DNA of 64,000 nt from an uncultured Candidatus Saccharibacteria bacterium (GCA_964459225.1 CAYWKB010000001.1:116140-180139); one strand, 5' to 3'. Counted from the first letter of the stretch, positions 26,496 through 36,144 are shown. Numbers and translations are program-made. Notes: generated by a model not told the origin, from the letters alone.

Positions 26496-26882
26496 TTATT
26501 TTGCTTTTGTACCTGCGGGAATTGTCTCATTAGGTTCAAGTAATGAAAACTTCCCATCAGTAGTTGATAGTCCCAATATCATTCCATTACTTTCAAAACC
26601 TTTTATCATTCTTGGTTCAAGATTTGTGATAAACATACATGTCTTACCCACAAGCACACTTGCATCTGGGAAATATAATGATATACCAGAGACGATTTGC
26701 CTTGGTTTTGAAACTGTATTTTTATTTCCCATATCATCAACAACTTCCACAGTTTCGGCAAAATCAACAATTAATTTTAATAATTTATCTGTATCAGGGA
26801 TCTTTTCGGCACTTATTATTTTCCCTGCAGTTATTTCTACTTTTGAGTATTCTTCGTAACTTATTTTTTTATTTTCATTCAT
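26496..26882 (-). CDS. stand-alone tRNA-binding OB-fold protein (Trbp111/CsaA/MetRS-C-like)
   Basis: DKLLKL.VD, RQIVSGI, NLEPR...G.ESNGMIL. Confidence 0.88.
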   Translation of the reverse strand: MNENKKISYEEYSKVEITAGKIISAEKIPDTDKLLKLIVDFAETVEVVDDMGNKNTVSKPRQIVSGISLYFPDASVLVGKTCMFITNLEPRMIKGFESNGMILGLSTTDGKFSLLEPNETIPAGTKAK

Positions 26883-26891
26883 ATTTTTATA

Positions 26892-27278
26892 TTAACCTTT
26901 AATATTTTTCTTATCAAGAAAGCTTTGCAATATAAGAGCGGCAGCTGAGGCGTCTAGCATTTCATTTTTACCTTGTAGTCTTTCTGCATTTTCACTTGTC
27001 ATGAATTCTGGTTCAAAATATACCTTATAACCTTTTTCCTCAAGTTCCTTTTTAAATTGCATGCTTTTTTCAAGTATGGCATTTGCCTCGCCTTTGTAGT
27101 TTTTTGACTCCCCCATTACTATTTCTTTTATATCATTTTCTTTAAGTATCTTTATGATTTCATCTAAAAGATTTTTGGAATAATTAATCACTTTATTTGG
27201 AATGGCAAATTGCCCACCGTCATCTGATAGTGCTATTCCTATTCTTTTTGTGCCGTAGTCTATGCCTAGCAGTCGCAT
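26892..27278 (-). CDS. ruvX: YqgF/RuvX family nuclease
   Basis: LGIDYGTKRIGIA.SD, E..TS, D..AA.LILQ.FLD. Confidence 0.92.
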   Translation of the reverse strand: MRLLGIDYGTKRIGIALSDDGGQFAIPNKVINYSKNLLDEIIKILKENDIKEIVMGESKNYKGEANAILEKSMQFKKELEEKGYKVYFEPEFMTSENAERLQGKNEMLDASAAALILQSFLDKKNIKG

Positions 27279-27352
27279 GACTACAGTCTACTCTAAGTTT
27301 AAAATATGAGCAAAATATTTATTCATACATATATATTTGGTATAATGGATGA

Positions 27353-27838
27353 GTGACTGAAGCATATAAAAGAAAGCCAAATACTAATTGTAAAATATGT
27401 GAAAAACTAATTTACAAAAGACCATCCCAGATCAAACTCAATAACGGGAATGTATTTTGCAGTAATACTTGTTACGGCAAATCATGTAGAAACGAGAAAC
27501 CCTGTATAATATGTGGAAAGATGATACTGTCGAGTATGCACAAAAAGACATGTAGTAGATCATGCTCAAACAAGAACAGGGCTGGAATAAAATATGGAAT
27601 ACGAAGACCGAATGATAAAGTTAAAGCACAAGAAATCATAAAACTTCGACTTATAGAACTTCGTGGTATGAAATGTGAACTATGTGGTTACAACAAATAC
27701 GAAATACTGCACATTCATCACAAAGATAGAAATAGATTGAATAATAATTTTGATAATCTAGAACTCATATGTCCAAACTGTCATTATGAAAAACATCATC
27801 TTGAACGAAAAAAGGTGAAATCTTATACAGGTAAATAG
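27353..27838 (+). CDS. HNH endonuclease with N-terminal zinc-ribbon repeats
   Basis: CxxC..FCSxxC repeats; HHKDRNRLNN...NL.LICPNCH. Confidence 0.85.
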   Translation: MTEAYKRKPNTNCKICEKLIYKRPSQIKLNNGNVFCSNTCYGKSCRNEKPCIICGKMILSSMHKKTCSRSCSNKNRAGIKYGIRRPNDKVKAQEIIKLRLIELRGMKCELCGYNKYEILHIHHKDRNRLNNNFDNLELICPNCHYEKHHLERKKVKSYTGK

Positions 27839-27927
27839 TCACTTTTCAATAACACTTGAAAACAAAGCAATAATATGAGAGTATCTAGTATATTCAACAC
27901 TGTAAAAAGTGAATGAATAACACAGAT

Positions 27928-28015
27928 GGAAGCGTGGCTCGAGTGGTTGAAGGCACCGCTCTTGAAAAGCGGAACCCGGGCAACTGGGTCGTGAGTTCGA
28001 ATCTCACCGCTTCCG
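27928..28015 (+). tRNA. tRNA-Ser(TGA)
   Basis: GGAAGCG...CGCTTCCG; loop CTTGAAA; long variable arm. Confidence 0.95.
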
Positions 28016-28096
28016 CAAATTGATTGTTTAAGTTAATTATATAAAAACAGATCACTATATCTGTCCCCTATTTTTATATAATGCTATAATATATTT

Positions 28097-28555
28097 ATGA
28101 AACCCCTAATCTCATGGGATGCTCCCGAACATAATCATATAGAAAAAAACAATGACTGGTACTGGGCAGTTAGCATAATCACTATTACAGCTTCTGCTCT
28201 TGCATTTATATTTGGAAATTTTATGTTTGGAATATTTATACTTGTTGCGTCTTTTGCTTTAGTAGTTCATTCATCTAAACACCCAAAAACAATACATTGT
28301 GAAATAAATGATAGAGGTGTAGTCATTAACGGTATTTTGTATCCTTTTCTCAATCTTGAATCATTTTGGATTGACGCACATACTGAACCTGCAAAAATAA
28401 TCATAAAACCTAACAAAACTTTTATGCCATATATCAACATCCATATTGAAAATGTTGATAGAGAGCATGTTAGAGATATATTATTAAATTATATTGCAGA
28501 AACCGAGCATGCCGAACCATTATCTCAACAAATACTTGAGAGACTTGGATTCTGA
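28097..28555 (+). CDS. conserved hypothetical membrane protein
   Basis: W.APE..K..DWYW, two TMs, then soluble domain (SFW). Confidence 0.75.
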   Translation: MKPLISWDAPEHNHIEKNNDWYWAVSIITITASALAFIFGNFMFGIFILVASFALVVHSSKHPKTIHCEINDRGVVINGILYPFLNLESFWIDAHTEPAKIIIKPNKTFMPYINIHIENVDREHVRDILLNYIAETEHAEPLSQQILERLGF

Positions 28556-28582
28556 GTAAAATATGTTAATGTAGTTTAAATA

Positions 28583-28654
28583 GCCCCCGTCGTTCAATGG
28601 ATAGGACACAACTTTGCGGAAGTTGTGATGTAGGTTCGATTCCTACCGGGGGCA
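28583..28654 (+). tRNA. tRNA-Arg(GCG)
   Basis: GCCCCCG...CGGGGGCA; stem CAACT/AGTTG, loop TTGCGGA. Confidence 0.93.
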
Positions 28655-28742
28655 CTTTTTTTTAAATCTAATATGACGTTGACTTTTATGGTAATTATTA
28701 TATTATTCTCTCTGGAATAAACCTCATCCAAAAGGATCAATT

Positions 28743-29054
28743 ATGGAAAATTGCACTCATCTCTCGGAAGGAAAACTAGGCTATGTTACTTGCCCACACG
28801 GTCAAAGCAAGTGCGTCGGACACAGTGGAGATTTTAAATATGAGAACCTCGAATTACCTAATCCGAGTTTCCTTGGACTCTACAAATGCTTGTTTTTCCG
28901 TCATTGTGGGAGAGCAATGTTGAGATACAAAATTATTCAAGTACAAACATGTAAAATCTGTGATCGCAAAGTAGTAAACGATACCTTTGAGCGCTTTGCA
29001 CTTTGTAGCTGTTGCGGACACAGAGTGGACACCACACAAAGAGAGTGCGACTAA
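28743..29054 (+). CDS. Cys/His-rich hypothetical protein (zinc-ribbon-like)
   Basis: CPH, HCG, CKIC, CSCCGH motifs; TTGACT promoter at 28679; AAGGA upstream. Confidence 0.6.
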   Translation: MENCTHLSEGKLGYVTCPHGQSKCVGHSGDFKYENLELPNPSFLGLYKCLFFRHCGRAMLRYKIIQVQTCKICDRKVVNDTFERFALCSCCGHRVDTTQRECD

Positions 29055-29121
29055 CACTCAGAATGGCTTAATAACAATCAATAATTTTTTAACTTACCAC
29101 CTCTCAGAAATTGAGATAAAC

Positions 29122-29154
29122 AAAAAAACCGGATAGATTCCGGTTTTTCTTTTT
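29122..29154. terminator. bidirectional terminator
   Basis: AAAAACCGGA / TCCGGTTTTT. Confidence 0.8.
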
Positions 29155-29155
29155 G

Positions 29156-29422
29156 TTATTTAGTAATTGTCTTTATCGCTGACATTAATCTAGACTTGTA
29201 TCTTGATGAAGTATTTTTCTTAATGTAATTTCTTTTTACTGCCTTATCAAGTGCTTGATATATAGTTGGTACAAGTGCAATTGCCTCTTTTGAATTTTTT
29301 TCTGAAATTAACTTACGGAATTTCTTTAGAGGAGTATCAATTGCTGCCTTTGTACGCAGATTAAATACCCTTTTCTTATCTCCTGCTCTTATTGCCTTTT
29401 TTGCTGATGATGTTATTGCCAT
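29156..29422 (-). CDS. rpsT: 30S ribosomal protein S20
   Basis: SAKKAIR...R..N, LDKAVK...I.KN..SR.KSRL. Confidence 0.93.
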   Translation of the reverse strand: MAITSSAKKAIRAGDKKRVFNLRTKAAIDTPLKKFRKLISEKNSKEAIALVPTIYQALDKAVKRNYIKKNTSSRYKSRLMSAIKTITK

Positions 29423-29489
29423 ATGTGTTTTGTACATAAAAACTAACATATAGCTTTAAAAAAGACAAGGTCTAAGATATGATAGAGGT

Positions 29490-30068
29490 ATGATACACAG
29501 ACTTACAGGCCAAATTGCCCATATAGACCCTAAATATCTAGTATTGGATGTAAACGGTATTGGCTACAAAATACATGCCACAGTAGATATATTGAGTAAA
29601 TACGAGATATCGAATTCCCCTATCACAATATGGACGTATTTGGCAGTTAGGGAAAATTCATTAGACCTATACGGATTTACATCAATTCATGAATTAAATA
29701 TTTTTGAATTACTGCTCACCGTATCAGGTATTGGTCCAAAAACTGCTTTAGGTGTTATGAATTCCGCTTCAGTAGAGGCTATTGAAACCGCAGTACAGAC
29801 AAGTGACACATCACATTTAACTAAGGTTTCAGGGATTGGTAAAAAGGTAGCAGAAAAAATAGTTATGGAATTAAAAGATAAAATAGAAAAAGTATCACAT
29901 TCAGTTGAATCAAAAAATGCAATGAAAAATGATAGCGATGTAATAGAAGCATTGAAATCATTAGGATATAATCAAAATGAAGCAAGAGAAGCAGTAAAAG
30001 AAATTCCAAAAACAATTACAAAGACAAATGAAAAGATAAAAGAGGCATTAAAAATTTTAAGTAAATAA
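29490..30068 (+). CDS. ruvA: Holliday junction branch migration protein RuvA
   Basis: VNGIGY, VRE...LYGF, VSGIGPK, GIGKK.AEKI, EAL.SLGY. Confidence 0.96.
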   Translation: MIHRLTGQIAHIDPKYLVLDVNGIGYKIHATVDILSKYEISNSPITIWTYLAVRENSLDLYGFTSIHELNIFELLLTVSGIGPKTALGVMNSASVEAIETAVQTSDTSHLTKVSGIGKKVAEKIVMELKDKIEKVSHSVESKNAMKNDSDVIEALKSLGYNQNEAREAVKEIPKTITKTNEKIKEALKILSK

Positions 30069-30069
30069 T

Positions 30070-31290
30070 ATGTTAGATAATACCCTATCAATCATAAGAA
30101 AGTTCATTCCGAAAAAGGTTTATACTTTTTTCCAGCCTGCATATCATTATATTTTAGCTTTTTCTTCTGCCCTTTTTTATAATTTCCCTTCTAAAAAAAT
30201 AAAAATAATCGGTGTTACAGGCACAAAAGGTAAAAGTTCAACAGTTGAAATAATTAATGCTATTTTAGAAAAAGCTGGGTACAAAACTGCCCTATCAAAT
30301 ACAATAAGATATAAAATCGCAGATGAATCTTTCCCAAATAAATTTAAAATGTCTATGCCGGGTAGATTTTTTGTTCAAAAATTTATTAGAAATGCAATCA
30401 AAAAAGGTTGCGACTATATAGTTTTGGAAATGACATCTCAAGGAGTACTTCAATACCGTCATAAATTTATAGATTTAAATGCTTTAGTTTTTACAAACCT
30501 TTCACCTGAGCATATAGAATCACATGGATCATACGAAAAATATGTAGAAGCAAAATTGGAAATTGCAAAGGAATTATCTAATTCAAGTAAAAGACCTAGA
30601 ATAGTTATAACAAATGCAGATGATAAAGAAGGATACAAATTCCATAATTTCAATGCAGAAATCAAAAAGTCATATAGCTTAAAAGGCATAAATATTAGCA
30701 CTCCACTTCAGGGTGAATTTAATAAGTACAATGTTCTAGCGGCTATAACCTTAGCAAAAGAGTTAGGAATCAAAGATGAAACAATAAATGAAGCCGTAAG
30801 TAATCTAAAAGAAATTCCGGGTAGAGTTGAATATATAAAAGCAGGACAGAAATTTAATGTAATAGTAGATTATGCCCATACACCTGATTCCCTTTCAAAA
30901 CTATATAAAGTATTTGAAAGAAAAGAGGGACAAAAAAATATCTGTGTACTAGGTGGCACAGGCGGTGGAAGAGATAATTGGAAAAGAAAAGAAATGGGAA
31001 AAATTGCAGAAATGAATTGTGATGAAATTATTTTAACAAATGAAGATCCATATGATGAAGATCCTGAACAAATAGTCAGAGATGTTGCATCAGGAATACA
31101 AAGCATAAAGCCATTAATAATAATGGATAGAAGGCAAGCGATAAATAAAGCTATTAGTCTTGCGAGTGATAGTGATAATGTAATTATTACAGGCAAAGGA
31201 ACTGATCCGTACATTATGGGACCAAATGGAACAAAGATATCTTGGAGTGATACTGAGATTGCTCGTGAGGAAATACTGAAAATTATTTAA
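30070..31290 (+). CDS. murE: UDP-N-acetylmuramyl-tripeptide synthetase (MurE-like)
   Basis: GVTGTKGKSS, NL..EH, PGR.E, VDYAHTPD, EDP..EDP, GKG. Confidence 0.88.
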   Translation: MLDNTLSIIRKFIPKKVYTFFQPAYHYILAFSSALFYNFPSKKIKIIGVTGTKGKSSTVEIINAILEKAGYKTALSNTIRYKIADESFPNKFKMSMPGRFFVQKFIRNAIKKGCDYIVLEMTSQGVLQYRHKFIDLNALVFTNLSPEHIESHGSYEKYVEAKLEIAKELSNSSKRPRIVITNADDKEGYKFHNFNAEIKKSYSLKGINISTPLQGEFNKYNVLAAITLAKELGIKDETINEAVSNLKEIPGRVEYIKAGQKFNVIVDYAHTPDSLSKLYKVFERKEGQKNICVLGGTGGGRDNWKRKEMGKIAEMNCDEIILTNEDPYDEDPEQIVRDVASGIQSIKPLIIMDRRQAINKAISLASDSDNVIITGKGTDPYIMGPNGTKISWSDTEIAREEILKII

Positions 31291-32542
31291 TCTGTACTGA
31301 ATATTTATTATTTAATACTTTTTTTGTTTCTTGACCTACCCTATCTTTTTCATTCTTAATACCATTAACTCTTTGAAATTCACTTAGAGCATTTGCAGTA
31401 CATGGGCCAAATTTACCTGATCTAGGACAATCATTTTTGCTTTTATTTTTTGGTGGATATACATCTTCAAGTACTAAAGCAGTTTGAAGCGCTAAAACTG
31501 CATTTTTATCATTTGTATCTTTTGTTATATCACCATCCCATTTATATGGGAGCATGAGAGTATCGTATGCCAAAGACACATCATTCCCTGCCCCAAAAAA
31601 GTCTTGAACACCTAAATATGTTTGAAATGCTAAATCTTTTAAAGTACTACTTCTAATTTCCTTATCGGCAAATTGTGATTCGTAAATATAACCATATTCA
31701 ACCAACATACTTGGAGCATCTAAAGTATTATGTGAGCCAATAGCAATCAACTCTTGTTCTTCAACAATTCCAGAATCCTCTATGGGTAGATTACTCACAG
31801 CATTATATTTTGAAAGTCTATTGAATACTGATTTTGCAATTACTCTTGTTGTTGTACTATTTGAATATTGTCTTTCGGGCACATATATTGAAAGTCCAGA
31901 ATACTCTCCAGATACTGAATGATTTTTTCTTGGATAATCATTGAAATGCACATGTATAACCATATCTATCTTATTGTCATTTGCCCATTTATTTATTCCG
32001 TATAATCTAAGCGCAACATTTGTAGGTGCATTATTGTGTAGTACTCCCTCAGGATTTTTAGCTACCTTGCCATTATTAACCAAGGTTAACATTTCATTTT
32101 TACTTTCCCTCACAAAAGTTCTTATGGATTCCCAATTATTTTCAAAATAAGTCTTTAAATCCTTATTCCAATTATCACCATCACGAGCAACGATTACTTC
32201 ATAATGAGGGTTATTATAGAAAAATTCAGAAAGGTATTTTGATAATTCAACCGTCATTTCCCTTTCTTTTAAATTACCGTACTCTGCACCTCCATAATCA
32301 GGCTCATGACCTGGAACTATTAAAACCTTTACCTTAATTTGATTAAGTGGCGCTGAATTATATTTTTCTTTTAACTGGGCAATACTTATTGCCTCTCTCA
32401 TAAATACAGCGCTTAGGTTATTTGTATAACTAAACACAACATCAATATAATGCGTAGCGCGAGGAAAATGATTTACAAGCCATGGTGTGCCTATAATAGT
32501 TATTGCAAATAATGCAGTAATTGTGTATTTATAATATTTCAT
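31283..32542 (-). CDS. N-acetylmuramoyl-L-alanine amidase with C-terminal peptidoglycan-binding domain
   Basis: PGH, E, IHVHFN, LVEYGY; LQ..L...G.FGP.T..AL..FQ. Confidence 0.82.
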   Translation of the reverse strand: MKYYKYTITALFAITIIGTPWLVNHFPRATHYIDVVFSYTNNLSAVFMREAISIAQLKEKYNSAPLNQIKVKVLIVPGHEPDYGGAEYGNLKEREMTVELSKYLSEFFYNNPHYEVIVARDGDNWNKDLKTYFENNWESIRTFVRESKNEMLTLVNNGKVAKNPEGVLHNNAPTNVALRLYGINKWANDNKIDMVIHVHFNDYPRKNHSVSGEYSGLSIYVPERQYSNSTTTRVIAKSVFNRLSKYNAVSNLPIEDSGIVEEQELIAIGSHNTLDAPSMLVEYGYIYESQFADKEIRSSTLKDLAFQTYLGVQDFFGAGNDVSLAYDTLMLPYKWDGDITKDTNDKNAVLALQTALVLEDVYPPKNKSKNDCPRSGKFGPCTANALSEFQRVNGIKNEKDRVGQETKKVLNNKYSVQIK

Positions 32543-32593
32543 TCAAAAAGCTAAAATTTAAAAAATATGATATAAAAGTTATAAGATAATTAT

Positions 32594-33478
32594 ATGCCAG
32601 AACTACCAGAGGTACAAACCACAGTTTCCGGACTAAACAGTCACATACGAGGACTAGTAATAAACGATGTCTGGACTGAATACAATAGTCCGTATTTTCA
32701 TGGATCAGATAATATTAAAGATCCTAAGTTTTTTAAATATTTCAAAAAAACAATAAAAGGTGCAGAAATCATTGATGTAAAACGTAGAGCTAAAAACATA
32801 TTAATTAATCTCTCAAATGGCTTCACTATTTTAATTCATATGAAAATGACAGGACATGTGATGTATGGAGACTATAATAAAAAAGACCCATTTAATAGAT
32901 TTATTAGATTAATATTTTATCTTTCAAATGGAAAGACTATGGAATTATGCGATACAAGAAAGTTTGCAAAAGTAACTTTGATTGAGACAAAATCAATGCA
33001 TAATACAATTCATCTAAAAGATATTGGTCCAGAACCACTAGAAAAAGATTTTACACTAAAAGTTTTTAAAGAAAGAATAGGTCATAAACCAAATGGAAAT
33101 ATAAAATTAGTTTTGATGGATCAATCAATAATCGCAGGAATTGGAAATATTTATGCAGATGAAAGTTTATGGAGAGCCGACATACATCCACTTAGCAAAG
33201 TTTCAGAATTATTAAAAGAAAAAAATTCAGATTATATAAAAAAATTATATAAAGCAATAAAAGAAACATTATCAAAAGGAATAGATTTCGGCGGAGACTC
33301 AATGAGTGACTACAGAAACATACATGGAGAAAGAGGAAAATTCCAAGAGCAACATAGAGCTTATCGAAAGACTGGAACGGAATGTAGCAAAAAAGGCTGT
33401 AATGGAAAAATCGTAAGAATCGTTGTGGGTACTCGTGGAACTCATCTTTGTAATGCACATCAAAAACTATTCAATTAA
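32594..33478 (+). CDS. mutM: formamidopyrimidine-DNA glycosylase
   Basis: MPELPEV, R.AK, H.KMTG, D.RKF, AGIGNIYADE, zinc finger. Confidence 0.95.
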   Translation: MPELPEVQTTVSGLNSHIRGLVINDVWTEYNSPYFHGSDNIKDPKFFKYFKKTIKGAEIIDVKRRAKNILINLSNGFTILIHMKMTGHVMYGDYNKKDPFNRFIRLIFYLSNGKTMELCDTRKFAKVTLIETKSMHNTIHLKDIGPEPLEKDFTLKVFKERIGHKPNGNIKLVLMDQSIIAGIGNIYADESLWRADIHPLSKVSELLKEKNSDYIKKLYKAIKETLSKGIDFGGDSMSDYRNIHGERGKFQEQHRAYRKTGTECSKKGCNGKIVRIVVGTRGTHLCNAHQKLFN

Positions 33479-33937
33479 TTTATACAAAATAATCCCAGTC
33501 GCAACAGAAACATTTAAAGATTCCTTGGAACCATACATAGAAATTTCAGCAATAATATCCGACATATCAATAATATCTTTTGCAACTCCATCGACTTCAT
33601 TCCCTACTATAAGCAATATATTATTTAGAGTTTTAATATCTTTGTAATTAATTGATTTATCATTTTGCTCGAGCGATATTATCTGAAAGTTTTCTTTTTT
33701 AAGTTTTTCAATCAAATTTTTAATATCTTTGATTTCTTCCCAAGCAACAGTTTTTTCGGCACCAAGAGATGCTTTATTAATATCACTTCTTTCCCTACCA
33801 AAACGATCAATGGGAGCGGGAGTAATACCAGAAATATATATTTTAGAAACACCCACAGCATCAGCAGTACGAAATATGGCACCGACATTGTGAGTGCTTC
33901 TAATATCATGAAGTAATAGGTGAATATTCCTTTTCAC
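33467..33937 (-). CDS. TrmH/SpoU family RNA methyltransferase
   Basis: NVGAIFRTAD, GNE..GV, M.G.KESLNVSVA. Confidence 0.93.
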   Translation of the reverse strand: MKRNIHLLLHDIRSTHNVGAIFRTADAVGVSKIYISGITPAPIDRFGRERSDINKASLGAEKTVAWEEIKDIKNLIEKLKKENFQIISLEQNDKSINYKDIKTLNNILLIVGNEVDGVAKDIIDMSDIIAEISMYGSKESLNVSVATGIILYKLIE

Positions 33938-34040
33938 ATATCTACTCTATATCAAATATATTAAATATCAATACTGACCCTAGCCAATTATGTATTTTAT
34001 GTTAATATCATTCCCATACGATGTTTTTGAAAGGTGTAAG

Positions 34041-34070
34041 AATAAATGCGCCAATAGCTGTTTTGGTAGG
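34041..34070 (+). repeat. degenerate copy of tRNA-Lys 5' end and flank
   Basis: AATAAATGCGCCAATAGCTGTTTTGGTAG versus AATAAATGCGCCCATAGCTCAGTTGGTAG at 34113. Confidence 0.65.
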
Positions 34071-34119
34071 CTTAAGTCAAGCTATGGTATATATGTTAAA
34101 GTTTGAAAAGTAAATAAAT

Positions 34120-34192
34120 GCGCCCATAGCTCAGTTGGTAGAGCAACTCCCTTTTAAGGAGTGGGTCGTTGGTTCGATTCCAACTGGGCGCA
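34120..34192 (+). tRNA. tRNA-Lys(TTT)
   Basis: GCGCCCA...TGGGCGCA; loop CTTTTAA. Confidence 0.96.
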
Positions 34193-34240
34193 CAATTTAG
34201 AGATATAGACCAAAAGTCTTTGGTATGTTATTATTTTTTT

Positions 34241-34597
34241 ATGAACTTTCCTCAGAAACTATTTGAAATTACAATGGACTTGCTTGTTATTTATCTTCTT
34301 TCTGCTTGTTATCTGTTTTATTTGATCAAAAAAAATTTTCCGGATTTCTGGAATAAATCATATCCTTACGGATTTATGATGATTAAGGCTGGTTATGTTC
34401 ACCTATTTTCAACTCGTGCTTTTCAGATAACTTTTACTACATTAAAAGGCCATGCTCAGATGATGCAAGTTTTATTTACATCTCGTTTTTCTGATAATAG
34501 AAAAATTGGCCTGGTTAAAAATATTGCTCGGCTGCTCTTAGCTTGCTACCTAATCTCTTTTATTTATCTAATATTTATTATAGGTACTTCAATGTAG
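34241..34597 (+). CDS. hypothetical membrane protein
   Basis: Start re-placed at MNFPQ behind TGT-TATTAT-N6; two hydrophobic segments. Confidence 0.6.
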   Translation: MNFPQKLFEITMDLLVIYLLSACYLFYLIKKNFPDFWNKSYPYGFMMIKAGYVHLFSTRAFQITFTTLKGHAQMMQVLFTSRFSDNRKIGLVKNIARLLLACYLISFIYLIFIIGTSM

Positions 34598-34783
34598 ATT
34601 GTGGCCAAGGGGAGTCAGAATGCTCTGGAAATTATAACTGGATAACCCTTGTGCGATCTCTCTAAGAATTATCCTGGGCCATCAAGGGCGTACAACAAAA
34701 AGTAAGCAGAAGTGCGATTAGGAGTAATTAGTTATTATTTTAATTGATTTGAAAAATTCATCATAAAATGATACATTTAATTT

Positions 34784-35020
34784 ATGAAAAATATCATTCA
34801 ATTCATTGTATCAAATGAAGATAACATCTACACAGCTGAAGGTTTAAATATCCCTATAGTTACTGAAGGAAAGACTTTTGAAGAGTTAATGACAAATATT
34901 CTCGACGCTGTAAAACTATTCTTTAAAGAGGAAGACTCAGCATCGTTAGGATTTGGTCCTATGCCATCGATTCTTACCAGTTTTGAACTTCCCACAAATC
35001 TTTATGGGAGTATAACTTAA
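34784..35020 (+). CDS. HicB-like antitoxin
   Basis: Y.AE.....IVTEG.TFEEL..NI.DAV.L.F; directly upstream of a hicA-like frame. Confidence 0.8.
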   Translation: MKNIIQFIVSNEDNIYTAEGLNIPIVTEGKTFEELMTNILDAVKLFFKEEDSASLGFGPMPSILTSFELPTNLYGSIT

Positions 35021-35249
35021 GACATTATCCGGAAAGGATGTTGTCAAAATACTGAATGGTTTCGGCTTTATTGTTCATGATCAGACTGGAAGTCATATAA
35101 AATTACGTCGTGTGACGTTAGGTATGAATCAGACATTGATTATTCCCAATCATGATTCAATAGCGAAGGGCACGCTCAAAGGAATTCTCAATCAAGCGTC
35201 AAAATACATTACGCAATCAGATTTATTGTCACATTTCTACAGTAAATGA
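35004..35249 (+). pseudogene. hicA: HicA family toxin with premature TAA at codon 4
   Basis: MGV*LKTLSGKDVVKILNGFGFIVHDQTGSHIKLRR...IIPNHDSIAKGTLKGILNQA; GSH and P.H...GTL..I motifs. Confidence 0.85.
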
Positions 35250-35273
35250 TTTATGTAATAAAATCGCAAATAA

Positions 35274-35310
35274 ACAAAAGACACATCGTTTATAATGATG
35301 TGTCTTTTGT
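35274..35310 (+). terminator. terminator after hicBA
   Basis: ACAAAAGACACATC / GATGTGTCTTTTGT. Confidence 0.8.
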
Positions 35311-35363
35311 GATATTATATTAAGTAAAGATAAGCTTTAATTAACATTACGATAAATAAGAAT

Positions 35364-36011
35364 ATGTCTAATTCAATAAATAAATTTACATTGAGAGCAG
35401 GTGGCTCATCACCCATAATAATAGGTTTGCGTTTGTTATGTTTTCTGCTGATCGGTCTTTTGGGAAATTTATCTGATTGGTATGACTATCACAGTATTGA
35501 TACGGAAGGCTTCCTTATCCCTCTATTGTTAGTATTATTTCTCGGTGGAATTTTTAGTTTATATTTCTTCATTATAAGCATAAAGTTAGATGCTGAGTTC
35601 TTAAGTGTTTTTCCTGGGAATAAGCCGTTTGCATTTTCTTGGCAGAGTAATAATATACCGAAAAATAAATCGATAACAATAAGACTAGATGAAATATCTG
35701 GGGTATTTGTAGGACAATTACGCGAACTGGAAAAAATAACCAAGGAATCAAGGGAGCAATCAGCTGAAAATGCATTGCAATACTTTCATAATACATGGAT
35801 TCCCATATCTTCATCGGTTCCTTTACCTATACCAATTTGGTTTGCGGAGCAATTCACGATAATAATGTTTGTTAGATCAACTGAACCCCGAAATTCTTTT
35901 ATAGTTTCGCTTAAACCATTCTCCAAACGTGGGGTTTTAAAATTACTGGGCCATCTTAAACAACACAGGATACAGGTTGTTATACAGCCAAATGTTGGAC
36001 TTGGAAAGTAG
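35364..36011 (+). CDS. hypothetical membrane protein
   Basis: 215-aa ORF, two N-terminal TMs. Confidence 0.65.
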   Translation: MSNSINKFTLRAGGSSPIIIGLRLLCFLLIGLLGNLSDWYDYHSIDTEGFLIPLLLVLFLGGIFSLYFFIISIKLDAEFLSVFPGNKPFAFSWQSNNIPKNKSITIRLDEISGVFVGQLRELEKITKESREQSAENALQYFHNTWIPISSSVPLPIPIWFAEQFTIIMFVRSTEPRNSFIVSLKPFSKRGVLKLLGHLKQHRIQVVIQPNVGLGK

Positions 36012-36144
36012 CATGAAACTATTGCTTGTAATTTTTTGTCATTATTTTAGCCTATAGACACAAACGGTCTCGGAGCGACAGAAATGCTTAGATCTTTTAA
36101 AATTATAAATTAAATAATTCTAGAGAAAAATTTAATTCGTAATA

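Noticed and set aside
34169-34240. ORF-track N-terminal extension overlapping tRNA-Lys
   Set aside because: Starts inside the tRNA; better start at 34241. Similar over-extensions were trimmed for ileS, uppP, rplS, rpsT, polA, DsbA and RluA.
35013-35015. Stop-codon reassignment explaining the hicA TAA
   Set aside because: TAA, TAG and TGA all end conserved genes here (e.g. TGA in dnaA and ruvC), so code 11 applies and code 25 is excluded.
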